The notes: generated by a model from the letters alone, not told the origin. Numbered from the stretch's first letter, positions 1 through 9,641 are shown. The stretch: DNA of 29,398 bases from Nanobdellota archaeon (GCA_038046345.1 JBBSWJ010000031.1:1-29398); one strand, 5' to 3'. A program made the numbers and translations.

Positions 1-1
1 G

Positions 2-91
2 AAGGTCTTCCTAGACACGAACATTCTCATCTCTGCTCTTGGGTGGAAGGGAAAAACTTTAGTCCTAAAAACTAAGTTATTTAATTCTTAA
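2..91 (+). pseudogene. Truncated PIN-domain (VapC-like) toxin fragment
   Basis: Frame 2 reads KVFLDTNILISALGWKGK-TLVLKTKLFNS*. DTN-ILIS is the typical PIN N-terminal motif, but the frame stops at TAA 89-91 after about 30 codons. The start lies at or beyond the window edge. Confidence 0.6.
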
Positions 92-191
92 AGGAACATG
101 CTTTAAGCACATTAGCCATATAACAGGTGTCGCTAACTTTACAGCTCACGTTATCCCAAATACTTAAAAATGATTGGTTTATACCACGTTT

Positions 192-1679
192 ATGCATAAT
201 AAGTATTTATGGGTTTTAATCTGTGTAATAGGGGGTCTTGCTCTTTTTGTAGAATTATTTTTGCTTAGCAGCACTATTGATTATTTCCCGTTACATCCTA
301 CTGTAGGAGATCTTGGTAATCATATCGCTAAGTTGTACTTTCTTGATACTTTTGGGTTTCATAAGTATAATCCATTATGGTATCATGGCATAACAACATT
401 TCGTTTTTACCCGCCTGGTTGGAGTTATTTTACAATACCATTATACTGGATGACTAACAACTTGCTTTTGGCAACGTATCTTGGTCTTATAATGGCGTTC
501 ATTGTAGGTTTTTTTGGAGTATTATTTTTGGGTAGAATTGCTGGTTTATCTTGGATTAAGACTTTGTCATTGTATTTATTAATTTTTTCAAGTTATCATC
601 TTATTAATTTTGTTCTTGGTTTAGGTAGATATCCTGAGTTATTGTCATGGATGTTGTTTATTTTTTTATTTGGTATAGTATGGTACTACAAAGATAGAAA
701 AGTTACTTGGGGTTTTTTTTGGTCAATACCCGTATTTTCATTAATGCTGTTAACTCATTCATATCCTGTTGTAGTGTCATGCCTTCTTTATTTATCATTG
801 TTGCTAACTCGGGAAGAGATTAAAGAGTATGTTATCATAATAATAAGTTTTTTAGTGCCATTCTTTATTACATTCTTTTGGTGGAAAGGGTTATTTTTTC
901 TGTTAAATCAACAAAATGGGCATTTATATGGGGCAGGGCAAGAATTGATTGATCCTAGGACAGTAATTTCTTCAAATACGATTATAATTATTGGTTTTTG
1001 TGTTGCAATGTTTTTGTATCTTAGAACATTTTCTGATAACAAAGAGAAATACTTTTCTGCGCCATTTATACTGACTGCATTTTTGTTATTAAGTAGAAAT
1101 ATTGCAATGATTCCAGTTTTTAATCAATTGCCAGTAAACTCTTATAATATTTTTTTCTTGATCTTAACTGTTTTTTATTTTATTAAGGTTTCACAGAAGA
1201 AATATAAAACAATTATACCAATTATTTTATTACTTGGGATAATATCAAGTTCATTGTATAGTTTTTACTTCATCACTCCAGAATTGTCGTATACTGATCT
1301 TGATAAACAGTTCATAGAGCTAATTCCTAACAGCAATGGGCGGGTGTGGATTGATAATGAAACGCAGGATGCATATCATGATAAGCTTAATGCCTTTGCA
1401 GCATCGATGTATAATAAAACAGTAAGCTCCGGGCATGATACGGATACACCGTCTCAAAATGTTGTAATGATTAACAACATTAAGTATAAATACCTCGAAG
1501 CATTACAAAAATCCCGTGATGATCTCAGAAATAGAGATTGTGAGTTATTTACCGAGGATATCCATGCTCTAGAAGCTGATGAAATTATAACTTATGATGA
1601 GCCTTGTAAGTTTCTGGTTGATTGTGGGTTTACAATAAAGGAAAGAACAAAAGACTTATGTCTTATGGTGATAAAATGA
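192..1679 (+). CDS. Polytopic membrane protein, GT-C-like (6-pyruvoyl-tetrahydropterin-synthase-related membrane domain)
   Basis: Many hydrophobic helices and the motif PLWYHGITTFRFYPPG. ATG 192 is preferred over TTG 174 because TTAAAAA lies about 22 nt upstream. Confidence 0.65.
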   Translation: MHNKYLWVLICVIGGLALFVELFLLSSTIDYFPLHPTVGDLGNHIAKLYFLDTFGFHKYNPLWYHGITTFRFYPPGWSYFTIPLYWMTNNLLLATYLGLIMAFIVGFFGVLFLGRIAGLSWIKTLSLYLLIFSSYHLINFVLGLGRYPELLSWMLFIFLFGIVWYYKDRKVTWGFFWSIPVFSLMLLTHSYPVVVSCLLYLSLLLTREEIKEYVIIIISFLVPFFITFFWWKGLFFLLNQQNGHLYGAGQELIDPRTVISSNTIIIIGFCVAMFLYLRTFSDNKEKYFSAPFILTAFLLLSRNIAMIPVFNQLPVNSYNIFFLILTVFYFIKVSQKKYKTIIPIILLLGIISSSLYSFYFITPELSYTDLDKQFIELIPNSNGRVWIDNETQDAYHDKLNAFAASMYNKTVSSGHDTDTPSQNVVMINNIKYKYLEALQKSRDDLRNRDCELFTEDIHALEADEIITYDEPCKFLVDCGFTIKERTKDLCLMVIK

Positions 1680-2059
1680 AAGTTTACAAGTTTAGGATAC
1701 CTAATTTTACTAATATTACACTTAATGATGTGTATATTGCTATGCGTAGACAGTTCTATTTAAAATTTAGAAAAGAGTATGTTAAAGCTGGTTTATTAGC
1801 AAGACGTGGATCTTGTGCTGGGTGTTCTAATATGGGGCAGTGTTGTTCATGGAATGGTTGTAAATACCAAGATGACAAAAGTGGTTGCCTTATTTACGGG
1901 AAAAGGGAGCAGTATGGTTATAATACTTGTACTATCACTCCATTTGATGAAAAGGATATTCATAAAAGGCTTTATGGTTATTGCAAAGCAAAATATTTTT
2001 GGGTTGATAAAAGATTTGCTAAAAAGCTTTACAGATCTGCTGAATTATCTGACAGTTGA
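1676..2059 (+). CDS. Cys-cluster protein, YkgJ/UPF0153-like (Zn or Fe-S binding)
   Basis: Motif CAGCSNMGQCC-x3-C-x8-CLIYGKR-x6-CTITPF. The ATG at 1676 overlaps the upstream TGA (ATGA). Confidence 0.6.
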   Translation: MKVYKFRIPNFTNITLNDVYIAMRRQFYLKFRKEYVKAGLLARRGSCAGCSNMGQCCSWNGCKYQDDKSGCLIYGKREQYGYNTCTITPFDEKDIHKRLYGYCKAKYFWVDKRFAKKLYRSAELSDS

Positions 2060-2829
2060 TTATTATTATCTTGGAAGTTTGGATTTTTTTCAAACAAAAC
2101 ATTATGTTTAATCTTGTATTTGTGGAGCAGGTATATAAGCATTGTTTTGTAAAGGCTTATACCATAAGCAATGCTTCTTGTTGAGCTTATTGTATGAGAG
2201 TCTTGGTCATAATTGGTGGGTATTGGGACTTCTTTTAACTTAAAGTTGTGATTTACTGCCTGTATCAGTGCTTCTTCATCAAATGTGTAACCATCTGAGT
2301 TTTCTAAAAAATTTATAGATTTTAATACTTTAGTGCTGTAGCCTATATATCCTGTTGCAGCATCAGAAAGTGTTGTGCCAAGTACTTTATTCATTGTTTT
2401 TGTGAGTATTCTATTTCCAAAGATTTTCCATGATGGCATTCCTCCGCTTATGGCGCTTTTTTTGTCATGAACTCTTGAGCCATATACCACATCAGCACCG
2501 TCTTTCCAGCATTTGATGAATGAGGGTATTTGTTCAGGGTCGTATTGATAGTCTGGGTGTAGCATTATTACAAAATCAGCTCCTCGTTGTATGGCATGGG
2601 TGTAACATGTTTTCTGGTTACCACCATACCCTTTATTTTTTTCATGGGCTATAACATGGATTGGTAATGTTCTTGCCACTTCTAATGTTTTGTCCTTAGA
2701 ACAATCATCAACTAATATTATGTCATGGACGCAGTCCTTAGGTATTTTGTCGTATGTTTTCTTAACGGTTTTTTCTGCGTTATAAGCTGGCATTATTACA
2801 GCTACTTTTGGGTTTACTGTATTATCCAT
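2029..2829 (-). CDS. Family 2 glycosyltransferase (Dol-P-Man synthase-like)
   Basis: VIMPAYNAE, LVDDCSKD, NKGYGG, LHPDYQYDP, VYGSR and DAATGY motifs. Start moved to ATG 2829. Confidence 0.92.
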   Translation of the reverse strand: MDNTVNPKVAVIMPAYNAEKTVKKTYDKIPKDCVHDIILVDDCSKDKTLEVARTLPIHVIAHEKNKGYGGNQKTCYTHAIQRGADFVIMLHPDYQYDPEQIPSFIKCWKDGADVVYGSRVHDKKSAISGGMPSWKIFGNRILTKTMNKVLGTTLSDAATGYIGYSTKVLKSINFLENSDGYTFDEEALIQAVNHNFKLKEVPIPTNYDQDSHTISSTRSIAYGISLYKTMLIYLLHKYKIKHNVLFEKNPNFQDNNNQLSDNSADL

Positions 2830-3089
2830 TGCGTTTTTATAAACCGCTGTGATATAAGCATTTATATTTAGTAATATAAACTTCATAAATAACACATATA
2901 TTACAATTATTGTATCATATCAAATGTATTTAGTGCATAATATACTTCTAATGATAACTACGTACTTAATATCATATTACACATTGTGTATGTTAATATA
3001 AATAAATGATTATATTCAGTGTATAATCTGTTAACTTATCAGGTTTATATCGTATCTGCAAAATTAATATAAAAAACAATTAAACAAAA

Positions 3090-3536
3090 ATGGAAAATCT
3101 CGCTCCCGCTAAAAAGGTGATTACTCATGATCTAAACGGTAATGAAAATGGGTATATAATAGAATTATTCAAAGAGGATAGAAAGACAAAGGTGTATCTT
3201 ACTACCATAAAAAAAGGCGGGTTCAAAGGTTACCACCTGCATCGCATCAGAAGTTCTAATTATGTTTGCATTCGTGGTGTTGTTAAAATAATACTTTATA
3301 CTGATACTAAAAAAGAGGAATACATACTCAATGCTGATAAACCGGAGAGACTCCATATCCCTCCAAAAGTTGCTACTGGACTTAAGAACATAAGAGATGA
3401 AGAAGTGTGGATAGTAAACTTTCCAGAACCACCTTATGATCCAGAGCAAAAAAATGAACAAATAGAATTCACAGAAAAAGAGCTAGAAGAAAAAATAAAG
3501 GCTGGTAAAAAAAGTGGACACTATACCAATATTTAG
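3090..3536 (+). CDS. Cupin-fold NDP-sugar epimerase/isomerase (RmlC/WxcM/FdtA-like)
   Basis: KGYHLH..YVCIRG and LHIPPKVATGLKN cupin motifs; adjacent to a sugar aminotransferase. Confidence 0.75.
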   Translation: MENLAPAKKVITHDLNGNENGYIIELFKEDRKTKVYLTTIKKGGFKGYHLHRIRSSNYVCIRGVVKIILYTDTKKEEYILNADKPERLHIPPKVATGLKNIRDEEVWIVNFPEPPYDPEQKNEQIEFTEKELEEKIKAGKKSGHYTNI

Positions 3537-4647
3537 ACCGTCTGTATCGGATAAGGAAATACAAGCAGTAAATAACGTACTTAAAAGTGGATGGTGGGGC
3601 GAGGGGCCGCAAGTTAAAGAATTTGAAAATAAGTTTGCAAAATACATCGGAAAGAATTATGGAATAGCAACAAGTTCTTGTACATCAGCATTATACTTAG
3701 CAGTTAAAGCATTAAACCTTAATCCAACTGATGAAGTGATAACAACACCGCTAACTTTTATCTCAACAGCATATGCTGCAACATTAAACAATGTTAAGGT
3801 AGTATTTGCGGACATAGAACCTGACACGTTAAACATTAATCCTGAAGATATTAAGAAAAAAATAAACAAAAATACTAAAGTAATAATCCCAGTGCATTAC
3901 GGCGGGCATTCATGTTTAATGGATGAAATTATAGAACTAGGAAAAGAAAATAATATCACAATAATAGAAGACTGCGCTCACGCTACGGGTGGTGCGTATA
4001 AAGGGAGAAGATTAGGAAGTATAGGCGACGCATCTGTATTCTCATTTCAAGCAGTAAAAAATGTTGCAGCAGGTGATGGTGGTATGATCTTAACTAATAA
4101 CCAAGAGTTGCAAAAACATCTTATAAAATTACGCTGGCTTGGGATAGATAAAACCACAGCACAAAGATCTGCGTCTGGCAAGTATAGTTGGTACTATCAT
4201 TCTGAGCATGTTAGTCATAAATTTCAGATGAGTGATATAAATGCAAGTATTGGCCTGGTACAATTATCAAGGCTTGAAGAGCTTAATAATCGTAGAAGGG
4301 GGATCGTGCACGCTTATAACCGGGCGTTGGCAGAAGTTAAATGGCTTACAACACCAGTTGAAAAAGGATATGCCAGATCTTCGCTTCATAATTATGTTAT
4401 TAAATTACATGAGCGTGTTAACCGTGATTTATTTATTGAACACTTACAAAAAAATGGTGTATCTTCCGGTGTTCATTACCTGCCATTGTATTTGCATCCT
4501 GTTTATTCTGATGTAAGTGCTTCATGTCCGGTAACAGATAAAATGTATAAGAATATTGTAACACTACCACTATTCCCGGACATGACTAAAGAACAGTTTG
4601 ATAAGATTATTTCTTGTATTAAAGCATTTGAAAAAGAAATTACATAA
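3514..4647 (+). CDS. DegT/DnrJ/EryC1/StrS PLP-dependent sugar aminotransferase
   Basis: ATSSCTSAL, IIPVHYGG, IEDCAHA, FSFQAVKN (PLP lysine) and GVHYLPLY motifs. GTG start overlaps the cupin gene. Confidence 0.95.
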   Translation: MDTIPIFRPSVSDKEIQAVNNVLKSGWWGEGPQVKEFENKFAKYIGKNYGIATSSCTSALYLAVKALNLNPTDEVITTPLTFISTAYAATLNNVKVVFADIEPDTLNINPEDIKKKINKNTKVIIPVHYGGHSCLMDEIIELGKENNITIIEDCAHATGGAYKGRRLGSIGDASVFSFQAVKNVAAGDGGMILTNNQELQKHLIKLRWLGIDKTTAQRSASGKYSWYYHSEHVSHKFQMSDINASIGLVQLSRLEELNNRRRGIVHAYNRALAEVKWLTTPVEKGYARSSLHNYVIKLHERVNRDLFIEHLQKNGVSSGVHYLPLYLHPVYSDVSASCPVTDKMYKNIVTLPLFPDMTKEQFDKIISCIKAFEKEIT

Positions 4648-6115
4648 AATTCTTTTGCACAAAATTAATAGCCATTGACTCTATAGGTAATGAAAAGTTT
4701 TGTTTCTGTAGTCTCCACTTAGCTATTGGAGATAATAATGATACTCCTGCATAGAATAATTTGCTATTAATGTACAAATGGTCTGAATTAAGCAACAGGG
4801 TATAATAATACAGATGTACCATCCTCTTTCTAGTTTCTCTTGTAAGCCATGGATATTCTATATCTTTAAAATTTCCCCATGTGATATCAGCCCATTCTTC
4901 TAATTTTTTAGGAGCATTCCATCCCTGTTCTAGTGCTTGTCTGTATATTTCCGTTCCAGGGTAAATCATTACTGGCTTTAGTGTTCCAACATTTGCTTGT
5001 GGATTTTCTTTCTTAACTCTAAACAACAGATCTAAAGTCATTGCTACATCTTCTGGTGTCTCACTTGGGAAACCGCACATAAAGCTGTAATATGGTTTGA
5101 TATTTGCTTTGTTTAATTTTTTATTAACATCAAGTACTTGTTCTACTGTTATAGCTTTCTTTATTAGCTTCATAATTCTTGGGCTTCCTGTTTCTATGCC
5201 TATCATCATGCTATTGCATCCTGTTTTTTTTAGGTATGTAAGATAATCATCATCAGTACCTTGTAATGTTGATACTTGTGCTCCTAAAACATCCCATGTA
5301 AATCCGTCCCATTTCTCATTGTGAATATGCTCTGCTATTTCTTTAGCCCTCTTAGTGTTTACAAAGAAATTATCATCAAGTATGAAGATATTTTTTAGCT
5401 TGTGTTTGTCTACAAGGTGTTTTATTTCTTCCCATGCTCTTTCTGTGCCCATCTGCCTCCAGTATGCTTTATTGAAATCAAGGTTATAACAATAAGTACA
5501 TTTATGTGGGCATCCCCTGCTTGTAAAAACATTAAGAGATCTGGTATTTCCTCTTCCTTCTTTAATCTGTATGTAGTGTTTTTCTATGTCAATAAGATGG
5601 TATGGTAATAATGGTATTTCGTCTAACTTTTTTATTTCTCTGCGTGCATTATTTTGTTTTATATTTCCTTCCTTGTCTTTCCACCATAAGCCTTCAATTG
5701 TGTTTATATCTTTTTTACCGCTAAGAGCGTTTAATAATTCATGAAAGGTATATTCGCCCTCTCCTACTATTACCATGTCAATATTATCATTTTTTATTGT
5801 TTGTTCTGGTAGAAGGCTTGGATGAATTCCGCCCCACACGGTTTTTGTGGTTGGTGAATGTTCTTTAACAAGTTTAGTAAGCTCTAATGCATCAATTATC
5901 ATTGGTCCGGTCATGCAGGTTACAGCTGCTACTAATGGAGTTTTTTTTAGCTCCTGTATAAGTAGTTTCTTCCAGTCTTTTTGCACTCTTTGGTCTATAA
6001 TAGCAATTTTGTATTCTTGAATAGCAAATGATGCAGTGTATAACAGGCCAAATGGAATTGTTTGATCATTAATTAACTTAAATCCTTTAGGGTTGATAAG
6101 AATTGCATCAGTCAT
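4640..6115 (-). CDS. B12-binding-domain radical SAM protein (class B methyltransferase-like)
   Basis: N-terminal B12-binding motifs (PFGLLY, VWGGIHPS, VGEGE), TSRGCPHKCTYC (CxxxCxxC), DDNFF, GIETGS and FMCGFPSET. Confidence 0.92.
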   Translation of the reverse strand: MTDAILINPKGFKLINDQTIPFGLLYTASFAIQEYKIAIIDQRVQKDWKKLLIQELKKTPLVAAVTCMTGPMIIDALELTKLVKEHSPTTKTVWGGIHPSLLPEQTIKNDNIDMVIVGEGEYTFHELLNALSGKKDINTIEGLWWKDKEGNIKQNNARREIKKLDEIPLLPYHLIDIEKHYIQIKEGRGNTRSLNVFTSRGCPHKCTYCYNLDFNKAYWRQMGTERAWEEIKHLVDKHKLKNIFILDDNFFVNTKRAKEIAEHIHNEKWDGFTWDVLGAQVSTLQGTDDDYLTYLKKTGCNSMMIGIETGSPRIMKLIKKAITVEQVLDVNKKLNKANIKPYYSFMCGFPSETPEDVAMTLDLLFRVKKENPQANVGTLKPVMIYPGTEIYRQALEQGWNAPKKLEEWADITWGNFKDIEYPWLTRETRKRMVHLYYYTLLLNSDHLYINSKLFYAGVSLLSPIAKWRLQKQNFSLPIESMAINFVQKNFM

Positions 6116-6228
6116 GGTGTGAGGTTATCTTGGTTAATATAAAAACTTTTCGTTAATTGATGGAACATGTTAACTGCATGTTAACTTTTTGCCATAAGAT
6201 TTAAAAGTGTTAATACTTCTTTTTAATT

Positions 6229-7698
6229 ATGTCAAGTAAAGAAGAAAATCAAGATGGCATTACTGTTAAGAAGTCTGAAGATTTTTCTGAGTGGTTCACT
6301 CAAGTTACCCAAAAGGCTGAGTTATGTGATATGCGTTATAATATTAAAGGTTTTGTAGTCTATCGCCCATGGTGTGTTTACGCAATGAAGCGTATGTTTA
6401 ATATTTACGAGCATGCTCTTGAAAAGAAGGGGCATGATCCTGTTATTATGCCTGTTTTGATTCCCGAAAAAAACTTTAATATAGAAGCTGAACACGTTGA
6501 GGGGTTTGCCCCGGAAGTTTTTTGGGTTACAGAGCATGGTGATGGAGAAAAATTTGAAGAGAGATTAGCATTAAGACCAACATCTGAGACTGCGTTTTAT
6601 CAAATGTTTTCCCACTGGATTCGTTCCTACCAAGATCTTCCGTTAAAAACTTATCAGTCAGGTTCAGTATATCGTTATGAAACAAAAGCAACACGTCCGT
6701 TTATTAGATCAAGAGAGATTATTTGGATTGAAGCTCATGATGCATTTGCAACTGAAGAAGAGGCTATGAATCAAGTTTTGGAGGATATGCAGACAACTAA
6801 GGAGGTTATGCTTGACTACTTTGGTATTCCATTCATATTTTTTCAGAGACCTGAATGGGATAAGTTTCCTGGAGCAGTGCATACTTATGCAGCTGATGCA
6901 TTAATGCCTTCTGGCAGAGTTTTGCAGCTTCCTTCAACTCATTTGCTTGGTCAGAAGTTTTCTAAACCATTTGATGTAAAATTTGTGGATAATAGTGGTA
7001 AAGAGCAGTATGCTCACATCACATGTTACGGTCCTGCAATATCTAGAATATATGGTGGGATGATTGGAATTCATGGGGATGATAGGGGGCTTGTTTTGCC
7101 TTTTGATATTGCTCCAAAACATATTGTTATTGTGCCTATACTGTTTGATAGTTCAAGAGATAATGTTTTGAAGCGTTGTGTATCTTTAAGAAAGAAGCTT
7201 AAGAATTATAGGGTGTTTATAGATTCTAATGAAAGTAAGTCTCCAGGATGGAAATTTAATCATTGGGAACTGAAGGGTGTGCCTATTCGTATTGAAGTTG
7301 GACCTAATGATATAAAAAAGAATACTCTAGTCATTTTTCGCCGTGATAAAAACATTAAAAAAAATATCAAAATGTCTGACTTGTTAAAAGAAGTTGAGAT
7401 TATCAAAGATGAGTTCACTCAAACTCTTATCCGTAAAGCTAAATCTTATTTTGATGGTAGTATCATAAATTCTAAGACTGTTGATGAGTCTAAAGAATTG
7501 ATTAAGAATGAAAAAATTGTACGTGCTGCTTTTTGTTCTATTGATACTGATGGTAAAGCATGTGCTGAAGTTGTAGAGAAAGAAGTGGGCGCTGCTGTCC
7601 GGGGCATTAAAGTAGGTGAAGAAGAAAAACCAAAGTTACCATGTATAATTTGTGGTAAATCAGCTAAGCATTTTGTGTATATTGCAAGGTCATATTAG
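6229..7698 (+). CDS. proS: Proline--tRNA ligase, archaeal/eukaryotic type
   Basis: LRPTSET, YRYETKATRPFIRSRE, FPGAVHT, THLLGQKFS, SPGWKFNHWELKGVPIRIEVG and C-terminal Zn cysteines ending IARSY. Confidence 0.98.
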   Translation: MSSKEENQDGITVKKSEDFSEWFTQVTQKAELCDMRYNIKGFVVYRPWCVYAMKRMFNIYEHALEKKGHDPVIMPVLIPEKNFNIEAEHVEGFAPEVFWVTEHGDGEKFEERLALRPTSETAFYQMFSHWIRSYQDLPLKTYQSGSVYRYETKATRPFIRSREIIWIEAHDAFATEEEAMNQVLEDMQTTKEVMLDYFGIPFIFFQRPEWDKFPGAVHTYAADALMPSGRVLQLPSTHLLGQKFSKPFDVKFVDNSGKEQYAHITCYGPAISRIYGGMIGIHGDDRGLVLPFDIAPKHIVIVPILFDSSRDNVLKRCVSLRKKLKNYRVFIDSNESKSPGWKFNHWELKGVPIRIEVGPNDIKKNTLVIFRRDKNIKKNIKMSDLLKEVEIIKDEFTQTLIRKAKSYFDGSIINSKTVDESKELIKNEKIVRAAFCSIDTDGKACAEVVEKEVGAAVRGIKVGEEEKPKLPCIICGKSAKHFVYIARSY

Positions 7699-9620
7699 CG
7701 GTAAAAAAAATTTATGATCTTCCTGTACATTGGAATATTCATTACTTTAACGATCTTTGATTGTTCTATTGTATACTCTTTTCCTACTTGGTCTTTGTAT
7801 TTTGCAATGATTTTGAGCTTATCATCTTTTATCTTAGCCCCTTTTATTGTAAGAGTAACATGTACATCTCCAACAAGTTCTTGTATGTCTGTCGCTCCGA
7901 TGCCATTAACTTCAACTTTTATATCGCTTATTGTTGTATCTGAGCTTAATATGAATTCTAATACCTTCTCTTCTTTATAGTTTATTTCTTCAAGGTTTAT
8001 TTTTTTGATGATAACATTTGGCTTTTTAATTATCTTAAATTCTATTGGGTAATGTAATATGCTCTCGTTGGTTTCAATTATCATTACTGGTGTCCTTATA
8101 TCTTCAATTGAAATATTGAATGAAACATCTTGCTGCCCGGCTCCTGGAATATTTTTTTGTATGCAATTATTGTAAACACATAAGTTAAGATTTTTAATGT
8201 CTGTTTTTTTATTGTTTTTTAAGTTACAGTTTACTTTTGCAGTGTCTAAAGTATAATAGGTTTCTTTTTCCGGTGTGCAAATTACTGTTACCTGAGTTAG
8301 AGCATTCTTTATTGCTCTTTCTTCGGATTGTTTTACTATCTTGATTGCATCATCTAAACTATAGAATTCTGCATGGTTATTTATTATGATATCTATTTTT
8401 GATTCTCCTAAAAATGTTGTTTCAGCTGCTATCTGGCTTGTATATGTTAGGTTCTTGTTTATATCATCTGGTACTGTTACTATAAAATATGCTGTTCTTT
8501 CTTCTCTTGGTTTCAGCACTAAATGTTTTTCGTTTACTCCATTGTATACGCCTGGTGCTGTTGTAAGTTTTAATTTTACTGGTAAATAATAGTCTTGACG
8601 GTTAATTAATCTTGCTTCTACTGGCAGAAAACTACCAAATTTTACTTCTTCCTTTAATGGTGTAAGAGTTAAGTTAATCATTTGGTCTACTTTTTTTTCA
8701 GAATTATCTATTGTAACATCTACAGCTAATTCTCCAACGTCTATTTTTGTTTTGTATGACCGCCATACAAAGTTTACTGCGGGGTCGCCAGAATCTTGTG
8801 ATTCTTGCAGTTTTACATGAGTTGGATCAATCCATCCGTATTGGCCGTAGGTTACGTCAACTGGCAGCCAACCATTATTGGGAAACCACACCTCTGCCCA
8901 TCCATGATTTCCGAAGCGGTCTCCTATGTTGGTGTATGCTGTCCCTGAGATAAATCTGGCTGGGATGCCTACAGCTCTTGCCATGCTTATGAAAAGGTTT
9001 GTTAGTTCATCACATACTCCGATTTTATTATCTAGAACCCATGAGCTTTTTTGTACTGCCTCTGAAGTAAGTGTGAGCAATGTATAGTTTACATTTGTTC
9101 TTGTCCATTCAGCAAGTTTGTTTATTATGACATAATAATCATCTTCTCCTTCTGTGATAGCCTGTGCTTGTGAGATTATTTTGGGTGTAATGTCTATGAA
9201 CTCGCTTGCTTCTAGGTATATTTGTAGATTGTTTGGTATGTATCTTAATGGGTAATTTATTTTGTGAGATATTTGTCGCGGTTCATTTGTTGTTCTTATT
9301 GTACTTTTTATTCCATACTCTGCAAATTCTAATTGGTCATCATCCCAGTGGTATTGTATTTTGTCACCGTTATTAATTTTTGATGGTTGGCTTGCTATAA
9401 TCTCCTTATTTGTAACATCTTGTCGTTTATCGTTTTTAGGATAGTAAACCAAAAATATATCAAGGTCTTCTAATCTTGAATCTCTGCTTTCTTTTATTAT
9501 GCTTACATTTCCGTTTATGTGCACACTAAGATCAAGGGTTTTAAAATTGTCATAATTTTGTGGAGATGCTATGACTGTTGGTAACATAAGCAGTAAGAAT
9601 ATAACCACCATCTTTTTCAT
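7695..9620 (-). CDS. Secreted transglutaminase-like domain protein
   Basis: Signal peptide; intact Cys-His-Asp triad (GVCDELTNLFISMARAVGIPAR, NHGWAEVW, WLPVDVT); beta-rich C-terminal region. Confidence 0.88.
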   Translation of the reverse strand: MKKMVVIFLLLMLPTVIASPQNYDNFKTLDLSVHINGNVSIIKESRDSRLEDLDIFLVYYPKNDKRQDVTNKEIIASQPSKINNGDKIQYHWDDDQLEFAEYGIKSTIRTTNEPRQISHKINYPLRYIPNNLQIYLEASEFIDITPKIISQAQAITEGEDDYYVIINKLAEWTRTNVNYTLLTLTSEAVQKSSWVLDNKIGVCDELTNLFISMARAVGIPARFISGTAYTNIGDRFGNHGWAEVWFPNNGWLPVDVTYGQYGWIDPTHVKLQESQDSGDPAVNFVWRSYKTKIDVGELAVDVTIDNSEKKVDQMINLTLTPLKEEVKFGSFLPVEARLINRQDYYLPVKLKLTTAPGVYNGVNEKHLVLKPREERTAYFIVTVPDDINKNLTYTSQIAAETTFLGESKIDIIINNHAEFYSLDDAIKIVKQSEERAIKNALTQVTVICTPEKETYYTLDTAKVNCNLKNNKKTDIKNLNLCVYNNCIQKNIPGAGQQDVSFNISIEDIRTPVMIIETNESILHYPIEFKIIKKPNVIIKKINLEEINYKEEKVLEFILSSDTTISDIKVEVNGIGATDIQELVGDVHVTLTIKGAKIKDDKLKIIAKYKDQVGKEYTIEQSKIVKVMNIPMYRKIINFFYR

Positions 9621-9641
9621 TAATGGCGTAAGTGGATAAGC

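Noticed and set aside
2830-3089. Very AT-rich gap as a replication origin (DUE) or small-ORF site
   Set aside because: No ORB-like repeats, far from cdc6, and the only ORF is a 25-codon low-complexity run without an SD. Divergent promoters or an insertion boundary explain it.
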